The notes under the pieces were generated by a model. It had not been told where the DNA came from. It saw only the letters and a program-made list of their open reading frames with translations, and ran no database searches. From the NCBI GenBank assembly GCA_963709585.1, contig CAVPXI010000013.1, positions 128,001-192,000 of the forward strand: DNA of 64,000 nt, written 5' to 3'. Of the stretch, positions 9,999-20,391 are shown in pieces; the first letter of the stretch is position 1, and the number at the start of each line of letters is the position of its first letter. A program made the translations under genes and the position numbers. This DNA is from Candidatus Dormiibacterota bacterium (GTDB taxonomy: Bacteria; Chloroflexota; Dormibacteria; Aeolococcales; Aeolococcaceae).

Positions 9999-12803
9999 CT
10001 AGACATGATCGACATCGCGCTGCTCTGAGGGCACCGGTGCAAGGGCGTCACGGAGTGCAGCTCGGGACGTGATGCCGAGCTTGGGGAAGACTCTGTACAG
10101 GTGCGCTCCGACGGTGCGATGGGAAAGGAACAGCCGCGCTCCGATCTGCTTGTTACTCATTCCTGAGGCGGCCATCGTCGCAATCTCGCGTTCTTGCGGC
10201 GTGAGCGCGTCCGGCATCTGACTACGAATTCTCGGCACCGCGTAGCCGGTGGCCCGGAGTTCGTTGCTGGCGCGCGTCACCCATGGTTGAGCGCCCAGCC
10301 GCCGGAAGACATCTAGCGCGGCGCCGAGCTGCGTTCGCGACTGGGTAAGGGCGCGTGCCCGGCGCAGGCGCTCCCCATAGGCCAGGTGAATGCGTGCCAA
10401 GTCGAACGGCCAGCGGTTACTGCCCGGGATGGCGATTGCTTCCTCGAACAATGCGATGGCGCTGTTGTCGGGTGTAGCGAGGGCAGCGGACCCGCGGGTC
10501 AATAGAGCGAGTCGTGGGGAGAGGGCGGCGATGTTTGCTTCTTGCATGGCGGCGACGTGGGCAGCCGCCTCGTCCTGGCGGTTGGTGTGCACAGCACCCA
10601 TGACGAGGTCAAAGGCAACCCAAAGGGCGTGAGGCGTGTGGGAGGCGAGGACTCCTGCCGGGCTGACGGCGCTCGCCTGCTGGTATGCGTCCTCGAAGTC
10701 GCCGCGGCCGATGGCCGCAAGCGCCCTGGCATGGCAGCAGTATTGCTGGACAGTCAGAGCTCCCCGCGGCGTTGCCGATTGAGCCATGTTGTCGGTCAAT
10801 GCCTGCATGGTGTCGTTGTCACCGCGTGAAGCCGCGAGGAGGGCACTTACGAATTGGCCAGGCCAACCGAGGAGCCGATACCCATGTGTCTCGCAGAGCC
10901 GGAGGGCCTCGTCGAGCAGTTGCTCGGCCTCATCCCACCGACCCGTCGCGTAGTCGTCAACCGCGACGAGAATGAGAGCGTTGATCGACGAGGCGACGGC
11001 ACCGCCTTCTCGTCCGTCCTTGACAACCCTCCACAACGCTTCCCGGCATCCTGCCAGCCGATCCACATAGGTCGCGGCGATGCCAATTCGCACAATGTAG
11101 GTCGGGTCGACCTCATCTCTCAAGCCGGCGATTGCAGCCTCGAGCTGGTCGAGTGCCGCGGAACCGGCTTCGACTGGATCCGCAAACGTATAGCTGCAGA
11201 GCAGCAGATCGGTGGGGATGCGAGGTGTGAGACGGCCGACCGCGACATGGAATGGTTCCCACAGGCTGGCGCGTCCGCCGAAAAAGCAGATTAGCACCAG
11301 CGTGTGGAGAGCGTTCAGCAGCGTTTGATCGTTGAAGTCGTAACCGTGAGGCGTCGTCTCGATCGCCCCGACCAGCAGGGTGTGGGAGGTGTCGACATCG
11401 CCGTCCTCATTGAGCAGGCGATAGGCGGCTGCGGTCGCAGCTTGCAAGGACCCCGCAAGCGTGGGGTCAGCTCGGCGCGCGTCCGCGAGCAGGCTGCGTA
11501 CGTTCCGCAACTCCCCGGTCACGTCAGCTCCGACGTACGCCGCCTCGGCCAGCCGCCGGCCGCGGTCCGAGCCAAGCCGGCTGAGATCCGCTGACCTGAG
11601 CAGCGCCGCGACGGCACCCGTCGCGTCTCCTCGTTGCAGCGCGCGGCGCGCCGTCTCCGTGAGCAGCCGGGCTACTCCCTCGTCCGGTCCCACCGTCGCT
11701 GCCGAGAGGTGCCACGCGCGTCGATCGGGCTGATCTGCCAATGCTTCGGCCAATGCACTGTGGGCTCGGCGGCGCCCCGTCCACGTGGATATCTCGACAA
11801 CCGTCGAGCGCACGATGGGGTGGTGGAACGCCACCCGTTGGGTGCGCTCGTCCACCCGCACCAATCGCGCCCTTTCCGCTGGAGCGAAACCTTCAAGACC
11901 GCCGGATCCGGAAGCGGCGGCCTCCAGGACGCGAAGATCGCCGGTGCCGTCCAAGGCCGCCAGGATAAGGAGCTTGCGGCTTGAAGCGGGAAGGTCGCTG
12001 ATCCGCGATGCGAACATCCTGTGGAGGCGTCGGCTCAGCGGGAGCAAGGCGGGCATCGCCTGGAGGGCGTTGCGTTGCGGGAGGCTGAGCGCAACTGGCA
12101 ACTCCAAGATTGCCAGCGGATTACCCTGGGCCTCTGACAGGACGCGCCGACACACCGTTGCGGCAAGCGCCGGGAACCGGGAGCTCAATAGCCTGCTCGC
12201 CGCGTCACCGTCCAGTGGCTGCAACTCGTGAAGCGGCAGCCCGGCGCGCTCGAAGAATCCTCCTGCTCCGGACCGCAACGCTGCAATAAACCCAGCCCTG
12301 CCTCCACCAAGGCGTCGAGCGACAAATGCCAAGACAGCGGCACTGGAGCGGTCGAGCCACTGGAGGTCATCGACGATCAGCAGCAGGGGGCCGGCTCTCG
12401 CGATTTGGTGCACGAGCGCGAGCGCTGCGTTGGACACGACGACCCGGCCAGTACCTGGTCCCTCCCCCAACCCCAACGCCACCGACAGGGCGCCTCGGTG
12501 CGAGCCAGAGAGCTGCTCGAGTTCCACGCCCACGGGAAGAAAGAGTTGGCTCAATCCGGAGTAACTCAACTCAGCCTCGAATTCAACGCCAGCGGCGCGC
12601 AAAACCCGGGTGTCAGCCGACGCAGCGACCTCGGCAGCCATATCCAAGAGCACAGACTTGCCCACACCCGGCTCCCCGGCTACGAGCAGTGCCCCGCCGC
12701 GGAGGGCGGCCTCGTCCAGGAACGATTGAAGGAGCTTGAGCTCTCCATCCCGTCCGATTAGAGCGTCGGTCACCTCCCGTCGTGGAGGCATGCGTGTGGC
12801 CAC
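9999..12803 (-). CDS. Large AAA-ATPase LuxR-family (LAL) transcriptional regulator
   Basis: Walker A GEPGVGKS, Walker B LIVDDLQW, C-terminal LTPQEREIA...HLYRVFPKLGITSR HTH. Confidence 0.95.
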   Translation of the reverse strand: MATRMPPRREVTDALIGRDGELKLLQSFLDEAALRGGALLVAGEPGVGKSVLLDMAAEVAASADTRVLRAAGVEFEAELSYSGLSQLFLPVGVELEQLSGSHRGALSVALGLGEGPGTGRVVVSNAALALVHQIARAGPLLLIVDDLQWLDRSSAAVLAFVARRLGGGRAGFIAALRSGAGGFFERAGLPLHELQPLDGDAASRLLSSRFPALAATVCRRVLSEAQGNPLAILELPVALSLPQRNALQAMPALLPLSRRLHRMFASRISDLPASSRKLLILAALDGTGDLRVLEAAASGSGGLEGFAPAERARLVRVDERTQRVAFHHPIVRSTVVEISTWTGRRRAHSALAEALADQPDRRAWHLSAATVGPDEGVARLLTETARRALQRGDATGAVAALLRSADLSRLGSDRGRRLAEAAYVGADVTGELRNVRSLLADARRADPTLAGSLQAATAAAYRLLNEDGDVDTSHTLLVGAIETTPHGYDFNDQTLLNALHTLVLICFFGGRASLWEPFHVAVGRLTPRIPTDLLLCSYTFADPVEAGSAALDQLEAAIAGLRDEVDPTYIVRIGIAATYVDRLAGCREALWRVVKDGREGGAVASSINALILVAVDDYATGRWDEAEQLLDEALRLCETHGYRLLGWPGQFVSALLAASRGDNDTMQALTDNMAQSATPRGALTVQQYCCHARALAAIGRGDFEDAYQQASAVSPAGVLASHTPHALWVAFDLVMGAVHTNRQDEAAAHVAAMQEANIAALSPRLALLTRGSAALATPDNSAIALFEEAIAIPGSNRWPFDLARIHLAYGERLRRARALTQSRTQLGAALDVFRRLGAQPWVTRASNELRATGYAVPRIRSQMPDALTPQEREIATMAASGMSNKQIGARLFLSHRTVGAHLYRVFPKLGITSRAALRDALAPVPSEQRDVDHV

Positions 12804-13211
12804 CTCGGTGTAACCCGTCTTGGATCCAGCATACGACGCGCTGGCGAGCGCGGATCGGGCGCCATCTCATGGCGTCCGCAGTCGCCAGTCGATCGCGACG
12901 TTGCTTGTCGGCGTCGCCGCCGGCCTGGCCCGCTAAGTCCGAGTCACCGTCGTGCCGATCCCGTTCGCCGTATTAGCCATCCTGCGCATTCGCGAGGTGG
13001 TTATTCTCTCCTCGCCGGCCGGCTTCCGATGCTCTCCAGCCTTTCCGATCATTCGTCGGGTCTGGCAGCTCCCGCAGCGCTGACGTCACTTGGTTCGCGG
13101 ATGTCCTTGTCCTCGACCGCGATGCGGGCGCAATTGGCCTGAGAACCAGCTTCCTCCTGGTCTTTTATGACCGACGAACCGTTCATGCCGACGGCGTGAA
13201 GTCCGACGTCC

Positions 13212-14984
13212 CTACTCCGCTGGAAGCGGCATGCGCCCGCGAGGGATCGAGAGAATGGCAACCAGAAACGCTGCCGCCATGATCGCGGCCATGACGTAGA
13301 ACACCGTCTGCGTTGAATGTGCGAACGCCAGCTGAACATCGTGCACAAGTCCCGGCGCCTGCCCTCCAGCGGAACCCGCGTTCGGCGCGGTCGATCCGAA
13401 CGATGAGGCGACTCTGCCCGCAACCACAGCCGGCACGCCGTCCTTGATCAACGCAGACGCCACATTGGTCAGGTTCTGGCTAATGAGGGTCGCGCCGAGC
13501 ACGGCGAGACCGAGGCTGGCACCGAAGTTGCGTACGGTCTGGGTGATTCCGGTGACCTCGCTGTAGCTGGTGCTCGGGGCCCGGTTGACCGCATCCGTGC
13601 TGGCCGTCCCCAGCATCAGGCCGATTCCTGCGCCGGCGAGAATCACGTAGGCGACCTGCGCCCCCAGTGACAAGTCGGTGAGCTTCCCCGCGAGCAGGAA
13701 GAACCCGACCGCGCTGAGTGCGCAGCCGACGACGACGGCGGGTCGGGCGCCGCGCTTATCCAGGATCCGGCCACCGATCTGGGCCATGACCACGAACCCG
13801 AGAAAGAAAAACATGATGTAAAGGCCGGCGTTCGTCGCGCTCTCGCCGAGCGACACCTGCGCGTACACAGCAGCGAAGAAGAAGAACGGTATGAAGACGG
13901 CGGACACCAGACCGAGCACCGCGTTCTCGACCGCAAAGCCGCGATCCTGGAAGATCTGCAAGCGGAGGAGCGGTTCGGGCGTGTGCAACTCCCACGCGAC
14001 AAACCCGACCATCAGTAGAAGGCCAACGGCGATGCATGCCCAGGTCGCGATGCTTGCCCACCCCCAGGTCGTGGCTTCCTCGAGGCCGAGAACTATCAAT
14101 CCCATCGCACCGGTGACCAGCACCGCGCCGCGGTAGTCGAGCTTCGCCGGATGACGTTCTTCCGACGGTTTTGCTCTCCAGATCAATATGAGCGCAACGA
14201 TCGCTACCGGAATGTTGATCCAGAAGATGGATCGCCACGTCCACTGGGTGAGGTAACCGCCCGTGATCGGGCCGATTGCGGTCAGTGCGCCGGAGATGCC
14301 GAAGAAGATCGCCATCGCCCGGCCCCGTTCACGTAGCGGAAACGCCGCGACCACGATGCCCACGGCCGCCGGGAACATCAGCGCCGCGGTCGCGCCTTGG
14401 ATAACTCGGAACGTGATGATCCACGCCGTCGCAATGCCGCCTTGGGGCGTGAATCCGCAGAGGGCTGATGCCATGGCGAACCCGGCCACGCCGATCACCA
14501 CCATGCGCCGACGGCCGAGAACATCGCCGAGCTTGCCGCCAAAGGCGAACAGCGCCGCCAGTGCCAGCAGGTACCCGTTGATGATCCATTGCGATCCCGT
14601 TGCGGTCAGCGACAGCTCCTTCTGCAGCTTAGGAATCGCGATCGCAACGATCGTCTGATCGATGAAGGTCATCGCTACAGCCACCACCATCGCTGCAAGC
14701 ACGAGGTTCCGGTTTGTCGACCCACGACCCGACGCCGGCGGGGTGTCCAGGGCTGACGCTCCGAGCCGCGTGCGGTCCTGGTCTGGCGCTTTAGCCCGTT
14801 GTGAATGCCGCACGATCCCCGCCCTCTGGCCGGCGATCTGTGGGTCTGGATGGGCTCTGTGGAGCATTGGCAGGTCCCCGTATTCGTCGAGTGCGGCGTA
14901 GTGCCGTGCCGCGAGTGCAGCGTGATCCGTCCATCCCACTCGGGCTAAAGTCAAATGACTGCGATTTGCTCTACCCGGGCTCAC
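13212..14984 (-). CDS. DHA2-family 14-TM MFS transporter (true start probably downstream)
   Basis: MTFIDQTIVAIA, GGKLGDVLGRRR and WRSIFWINIP motifs. Confidence 0.9.
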   Translation of the reverse strand: MSPGRANRSHLTLARVGWTDHAALAARHYAALDEYGDLPMLHRAHPDPQIAGQRAGIVRHSQRAKAPDQDRTRLGASALDTPPASGRGSTNRNLVLAAMVVAVAMTFIDQTIVAIAIPKLQKELSLTATGSQWIINGYLLALAALFAFGGKLGDVLGRRRMVVIGVAGFAMASALCGFTPQGGIATAWIITFRVIQGATAALMFPAAVGIVVAAFPLRERGRAMAIFFGISGALTAIGPITGGYLTQWTWRSIFWINIPVAIVALILIWRAKPSEERHPAKLDYRGAVLVTGAMGLIVLGLEEATTWGWASIATWACIAVGLLLMVGFVAWELHTPEPLLRLQIFQDRGFAVENAVLGLVSAVFIPFFFFAAVYAQVSLGESATNAGLYIMFFFLGFVVMAQIGGRILDKRGARPAVVVGCALSAVGFFLLAGKLTDLSLGAQVAYVILAGAGIGLMLGTASTDAVNRAPSTSYSEVTGITQTVRNFGASLGLAVLGATLISQNLTNVASALIKDGVPAVVAGRVASSFGSTAPNAGSAGGQAPGLVHDVQLAFAHSTQTVFYVMAAIMAAAFLVAILSIPRGRMPLPAE

Positions 14985-15586
14985 CCCGGCGCGCCCAAGA
15001 GGTTCCGCAGCTCGCTCGCATGGCTCTCTTCGCGTTCGAGGATGCTCTCGAGAAGGCGGCGGGTCGTCGGATCGTCCGCGCCGATCCAGCGGATCATCTC
15101 TTGACTTATCTGGATAACGATGCGCGACGCAATCAGGTTCTCCTTGAGCATCAGGCTCAACTCGGTGCCGATGTACGTGTGGTACGCCGTATAGGCTCGG
15201 CTTGCCAGGCTCACGGGGTCGAGATCAGGAATCCCGCCGAGCTGATTGATGCGCAGGGCAAGGGTCACGGTGTTGTGCAGTTCGTCGGCCGCATTGGAGG
15301 CGAAACATCGAGCCACCTCCGTAGCATTGATGCCCGCAGCCACGGTGGCGTGCTGCTGGTAGCGCAGCCAGCAGACGATCGCGGACGCGAGCATTGTGTT
15401 GAGTACGGAGATAACGGCCAGGACATCCGCTTTGTACGCGGGCGTCACGGGACCCTCCGCCATATCCTGAAGAGCGCGATCCCGCAGGGTGCGGATATCC
15501 AAGTGCGACCCGGTCTTCCACTCGGCCTCGACCAACTCCATACGGTGATATTGCCCGAGCCGAGCGCCACCGGCATCAGTCATATG
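14981..15586 (-). CDS. Ferritin/Dps/bacterioferritin-like protein (start uncertain)
   Basis: LRYQQH, DELHN...RINQLGGIPDLDP, DDPTTRRLLESILEREESHA four-helix ferritin-like motifs. Confidence 0.8.
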   Translation of the reverse strand, partial: HMTDAGGARLGQYHRMELVEAEWKTGSHLDIRTLRDRALQDMAEGPVTPAYKADVLAVISVLNTMLASAIVCWLRYQQHATVAAGINATEVARCFASNAADELHNTVTLALRINQLGGIPDLDPVSLASRAYTAYHTYIGTELSLMLKENLIASRIVIQISQEMIRWIGADDPTTRRLLESILEREESHASELRNLLGAPG

Positions 15587-15774
15587 ACTGGACCCGGTAT
15601 CGAGTCGCACCACCGGCCTCAGCCCTCTCCGCGGCAGCGATCGGTGATGCCGACCCAGCGTGGAAATCGAGATCATTTGACTGAAGACGCGGGGGTGCTC
15701 GGGGTCTCAGCATCCGCCCATTACCGGCGCACAGATCGGCCGGCCCCGCCTAGCAGACACGAGAAGGAGACGCC

Positions 15775-16287
15775 GTGACCACCAGTGAGCTATTGCTGAA
15801 CCTAGGCATTCTGGCGTTCGTGTTGCTGACGGGACTGGGAACTCGAGCCTTGACGCGGCGGCGCTACACATTGCCTATCGTCATCGTGGCCGTCGTCGCC
15901 GTCGTATTCCTGCGGACCATCCCAACCTCCGGCAACGATATCGGCATCGTAGTCACCCTCGGCATAGCAGGCGTCGCTTTCGGGCTGCTCGCTGGTGCGC
16001 TGATGAGCGTAAACAAGTCAGCCAGCGGTTCGCTCGTCACGGAGGCGGGCGCCGCCTATGCAGCCATTTGGATCGCGGTCATCGTGGGGCGCATCATCTT
16101 TGCGTTCGGTGCCGACCATTGGTATGTCAGCCAGATCGCGTCATTCTCACGCCAGTACGAGATAACGGGCGCGTCGGCATGGACAGCTGCCTTCGTGATG
16201 ATGGCACTCGCCATGGTGTTAGCTCGTGTTGCTGTGACCGCAGTCAAGGCCACGCGCTTGACAGGCTCTTCCCAGGTGTACGCATAG
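15775..16287 (+). CDS. Multi-pass membrane protein (DUF1453-like)
   Basis: GAAGGAGA RBS; about 5 hydrophobic helices. Confidence 0.65.
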   Translation: MTTSELLLNLGILAFVLLTGLGTRALTRRRYTLPIVIVAVVAVVFLRTIPTSGNDIGIVVTLGIAGVAFGLLAGALMSVNKSASGSLVTEAGAAYAAIWIAVIVGRIIFAFGADHWYVSQIASFSRQYEITGASAWTAAFVMMALAMVLARVAVTAVKATRLTGSSQVYA

Positions 16288-16461
16288 GACCGGGGACGGT
16301 CGACTACACACGTTCTGGACGCCATGCGTTCGCATGCCGTCGCCAGCAGACACCGCTGCCGCACGGGACACCGCGGCTCGGCTCATGGACATCGATAGGG
16401 TCGTCGTCCGGTCGGCAACTCGTCCCCAGCGTCAGTACAGCGCGAGCGCGAACGGGCCGAG

Positions 16462-16735
16462 CTAAAGTGCGGTGATCGGGAAGACGAAATTCATCACGCC
16501 CATCGGCTGACGTCGGCGGTTCAATGCGAGGTCATAGGCGAGGAGGGCCGCGTAACAGAAACAGACGGATAGATCGAGCCACGCGACTGCGGTCAGCCAG
16601 ACGGTGCTATCACCTTTCCCCTCCTTACTTCGCAGTCCCCATCTTAGACGACGTCCGTTTTCGACTCGCGTTCCTTCCGGGCTTCGTTTCGTCTCTGTCG
16701 CCGTGCGTCTTCCCGTTGCTTCCGGCCCACCAGAC
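16462..16735. pseudogene. Two short gene remnants: DUF4396-like N-terminus (- strand) and CcdA-like N-terminus (+ strand)
   Basis: Minus strand WLTAVAW...QPMGVMNFVFPITAL; plus strand LAFLPGFVSSLSPCVFPLLP (CcdA SPC motif); both lack the rest of the protein. Confidence 0.5.
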
Positions 16736-16794
16736 CGCTCCTCTGAAGAGCCTTCGGGCGCAGGCTTGCGTCTATAACCCGCCGCCAAGAACAG

Positions 16795-17199
16795 ATGGAG
16801 ACCTTTGGAATGACAACACCCGACAACATTAGCGTTGTCCCAAGCGACGCCACGTTCGAAGAGACCCTAAAGCGGCTTCGGGAAGCGATCGCCGAACGTG
16901 GCCTGACCCTCTTCGCCGAGATCGATCACGCGGGGAACGCACGCGCCACCGGCCTCGAGATGCCACCGTCGACCGTGTTGATCTTCGGCAGCGCCATCGC
17001 CGGCACCCCGCTGATGTTGAAGGCACCCGACATCGCCCTTCAATTGCCTCTTCGCGTGCTGGTGCGCGAGGAAGGCATGGGTGGATCCGTGCTTGCCTAC
17101 GGCGACCCCCGGGAGCTGGCGCGGACCTTCAACGTCGAGGAAATCGCGGCGGGGATCATGGGGCTCTCCGCGCTGGTCCATGCCGTGGCTCGGCGTTGA
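16795..17199 (+). CDS. DUF302 family protein
   Basis: GLTLFAEIDH...VLIFGSAIAGTPLM...IALQLPLRVLVRE. Confidence 0.88.
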   Translation: METFGMTTPDNISVVPSDATFEETLKRLREAIAERGLTLFAEIDHAGNARATGLEMPPSTVLIFGSAIAGTPLMLKAPDIALQLPLRVLVREEGMGGSVLAYGDPRELARTFNVEEIAAGIMGLSALVHAVARR

Positions 17200-17363
17200 G
17201 CGCGGCGCCGCTCCATTCGGCGTCGAGTGGCACCACGGTAGCTGGCGCGAACGTGGCGGCGCGCTCCAGAACTCCTTTGAGGAATCACGTGACTGGGGAT
17301 GCTGCGACAAGTCCACGTAAGAATCAACCGGACTGGACGTCGACGACACTGGTTCAACTCAGA

Positions 17364-17607
17364 TGGTGCCGGGGAGACAGGACTCGAACCTGCGGCCCCT
17401 GTTCTCCCAGACTAGTCCTTATTTCCGGCTGCGAAGTCGACTTCAGAAGGAGTGGTTTCGTATGGAATTGGTTGGAATGACGACTACACCAGGGGCGATC
17501 AAATCCATTGGAATTCCGTCAACACGCACCCACGCGTGCTCGACATTGGTTCCTCCCCTACGGTTCTGCACTTCGCGCATTCTGGCGGCCGTCGTCGAGC
17601 ACCTGAA
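17364..17607 (-). repeat. Repeat family A copy 3 (variant core ending in GGCACCA + right arm)
   Basis: TGGTGCCGGGGAGACAGGACTCGAACCTGCGGCCCCTGTTCTCCCAGACTAG...GGTTGGAATGACGACTAC...TTGGAATTCCGTCAACACGCA (matches copy 1). Confidence 0.85.
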
Positions 17608-17634
17608 CCGTGCAGCGCGTAGAGTGGATGAGCG

Positions 17635-17820
17635 GTGGCGATCCTCCCAGCGTTCCACACCCTTATGGACTTGGCTCGCTACGGCGTGAATGCGACCGAG
17701 GTCTTCCACGACCGGACGGAGTGTTCGGTTGGCCAGAAGATCCTGCTCGACGGCAAGGGCGAGTTGGGTCAAGGGGGCCGTCGGCGCTGCGCGGAGTGCC
17801 GCAACTACGAAACAGTCTGA
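17635..17820 (+). CDS. Small Cys/His-containing hypothetical protein
   Basis: 61 aa with H-x4-C...CAEC possible metal-binding pattern. Confidence 0.45.
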   Translation: MAILPAFHTLMDLARYGVNATEVFHDRTECSVGQKILLDGKGELGQGGRRRCAECRNYETV

Positions 17821-18308
17821 AATCGTCAATCAAGCTGACCCGCTCCGTGCTTTGGCGCTACGGACGCCGAATCGTGGACCGAGTTTCGCGCGCTGCCTCA
17901 GCGCCATCGCGGTCGCGGCCGAGCTTGACTCGATGGCCACGAAAGAGCGTGCAGTCGCTGCTGACGAGCGGCGGATGGAGGCGCGTCGCGTCGCGCTGCT
18001 CCGGACCTCTGAGCGTTGAGCGTACCTCGCGCAGGGACGATGCCGGTCCTTCACGAATAAGGGCCGCCCTACCTGAATGCAGCCAGGTTGGTCGACCGCT
18101 TCATCTGAGACTTCGACGCGCTCGATGCGCTCTGTGAGACGTGAGACGTGCGTAGACGACCGGCCAAGAAGGCACCTGCTGCGGAGCGGGTCCGTTTGAA
18201 TGTGGGGGCCGGGCCAAAGCCCTGCGGACGTACGCGCAAGCGCTCGTCACTCCAGGGTTAAGAGGGATGTTTTTGCCTTTTGCCCGGCCCTCGGCCACCA
18301 GCATAGGC

Positions 18309-18521
18309 TTATTGGTGAGACTTAATTTGGGGAGCCGATTCGCTCGGATCATCTCGATGGGTGACCCTGTCCGGATAGACCCGAGCCCCGCACCCGGGAC
18401 ACTTCGCGATGGGCCGCATGATGACTACCTCGGGCCGCTTCAGATCACCCTTCCGCGTCCGAGCGACATGAAAGGTCAGCGGGACGAGCCGGTCGGCTCC
18501 GCACTCAGGGCATGGCCCCAT
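18309..18521 (-). CDS. Small zinc-ribbon protein
   Basis: CPECG...RPIAKCPGCG; paralog at 56695-56886. Confidence 0.65.
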   Translation of the reverse strand: MGPCPECGADRLVPLTFHVARTRKGDLKRPEVVIMRPIAKCPGCGARVYPDRVTHRDDPSESAPQIKSHQ

Positions 18522-18905
18522 GGCCAGTTCATCGTCTCACTCTTACAGACGCGACAGTGGCAAATAGCTGCCCTGCGACGGATGCCCTGCGCCCGGTGGT
18601 GAAGACAGTGGATCAGCTCGCTTTCGAGCTCGATCGGAACGACGTCTCGAACGCCTGACGCTTCGCCGACATCCGACCCTGCGCGCACGACCCGCCGCCG
18701 CCTCGGCCGGTGGCCACGGTCGGGACGCGGCCCCCTTCCGCGACTACTCGCAGAATGCCAGGGAGCAGAACCTCGAGCCCGAGGTCTCGGCGCGATCTCG
18801 GCGGTAGCGGGGCCCCTTCGACTACGTCAAGGTCGATCACTGGACGATGAAGGCCAACTCGCCCCCGGCAAGACAGACGAGGAGTGGGGGTCGGGCGAGG
18901 ACCCT

Positions 18906-19176
18906 GATAGCGCGAGAGGGAATGTACGGCCAGTCGCCAGGGAGAAGTGACTCTAATGGGTGGCGAGCAGCTCGGCTGAGGAGCAAGCTGCTCCCGAGCC
19001 GCCGGCGGGTGACCACTCTTCGACTCAGAGCGCTGAGCTCCAGGCCTAGACCGTGGCCCCGACGGTTGGCGAGGAGACAAGACGGCCGGTGGGATGTCGT
19101 GCCCCGAGCACTGATCCATTAGGGCGCCGCGATGCTCCTCCGGCTCGTTGTCGCGTTCACACAGGAGGAGCGCCAC
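18906..19176 (+). ncRNA. Candidate IS110 bridge RNA region
   Basis: GTGGGATGTC (19089-19098) is identical to the element's right end (20404-20413); GCCTAG (19044-19049) is complementary to core plus right flank CTAGGC. Confidence 0.55.
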
Positions 19177-20391
19177 ATGGTCTACCTCGGCATCGATTGG
19201 GCGGAGGCGCACCACGACGTGTGTCTCCTTGACGAGGCAGGAGCCCGTCTCGACAAGGCGCGCGTCCCCGATGGGATCGAAGGCCTGGCACGCATCCATG
19301 AGCTGGTCGGGGCGCACACCTCGAAACCCGAGACCGTGGTGGTTGGCATCGAAACCGACCGCGGTCTGCTGGTGCAAGGGTTGGTGGCCACCGGGTATCA
19401 GGTGTATGCCCTGAATCCGTTCGCGGTGAGTCGCTACCGCGATCGCCATACCGTGTCGCGGGCGAAGTCGGATCCGGGCGACGCCAAGGTGTTGGCCGAG
19501 TTGGTCCGCACCGATCGCCAGAACCATCGCCCGATGGCGGGCGACAGCGAGCTCGCGGAGAGTCTGAAAGTGCTCGCCCGCACCCATCAGACGTTGGTGT
19601 GGGCGCGCGTCCGGCATGCCAATCAGCTGCGCGGCGCGCTGCGGGAGTTCTATCCCGCTGCACTGGACGCGCTGGGCACGGAGTTGGCCGGTCGGGACGC
19701 ACTGGCGTTGCTCAGCCGAGCACCCACGCCCGAGCAAGGACGGCGGCTGACTCTCAACCAGCTCCGGGTGGTGCTGGCGCGTAGCGGGCGCCGTCGCGGG
19801 ATCGCCCCCCGCGCTGCGGCCTTGCAACGCGCACTGCGTGCGCCGCAACTGGCGCCGCCGCCGCTGCTCGCCAGGGCGTATGGCAGCTCGGTGCTGGCCA
19901 TGGTGCGCGTGATCAGCGAGTTCAATGCGCAGATCGCCACCCTCGAGGCCGAGCTTGCCGAGGCTTTTGAAGATCACCCGGACGCCGAGATCCTGCGCAG
20001 TCTGCCCGGACTTGGTGTGATCCTCGGCGCCCGGGTCTTGGCGGAGTTCGGTGACGACCGGACCCGCTATGAGAATGCCAGAGCGCGACGCTGCTATGCC
20101 GGCAGCGCTCCGATCACTCGTGCCTCAGGCACTCGGTCGGTGGTCCTGGCGCGTGTGACGCGCAACCGCCGTCTCGCCGATGCGCTCTACCTGTGGGCCT
20201 TCTGCACCCTGACGCATTCAGCGGGCGCACGTGCCTATTACGCGGCTCATCGTGCCCGCGGCCACACCCACCATCAGGCGCTGCGTGCCCTCGCCAACCG
20301 TCTCGTCGGCATCCTCCACGGCTGTCTCGAACATCGCTGCTGCTACTCCGAACGCGTGGCCTGGCCACCCATCCGTCAGGCTGCTGCTTGA
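19177..20391 (+). CDS. IS110-family transposase/recombinase
   Basis: YLGIDWAEAHHD, VGIE, AKSDPGDAKVLA (DEDD); LRSLPGLG...YAGSAPITRASG C-terminal motif; AGGAGG RBS. Confidence 0.95.
   Translation: MVYLGIDWAEAHHDVCLLDEAGARLDKARVPDGIEGLARIHELVGAHTSKPETVVVGIETDRGLLVQGLVATGYQVYALNPFAVSRYRDRHTVSRAKSDPGDAKVLAELVRTDRQNHRPMAGDSELAESLKVLARTHQTLVWARVRHANQLRGALREFYPAALDALGTELAGRDALALLSRAPTPEQGRRLTLNQLRVVLARSGRRRGIAPRAAALQRALRAPQLAPPPLLARAYGSSVLAMVRVISEFNAQIATLEAELAEAFEDHPDAEILRSLPGLGVILGARVLAEFGDDRTRYENARARRCYAGSAPITRASGTRSVVLARVTRNRRLADALYLWAFCTLTHSAGARAYYAAHRARGHTHHQALRALANRLVGILHGCLEHRCCYSERVAWPPIRQAAA

Noticed and set aside
18613-19977. Long antisense ORFs (also 8115-9290, 39386-40702, 36084-37034)
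   Set aside because: Shadow frames of real genes, expected at high GC; no motifs
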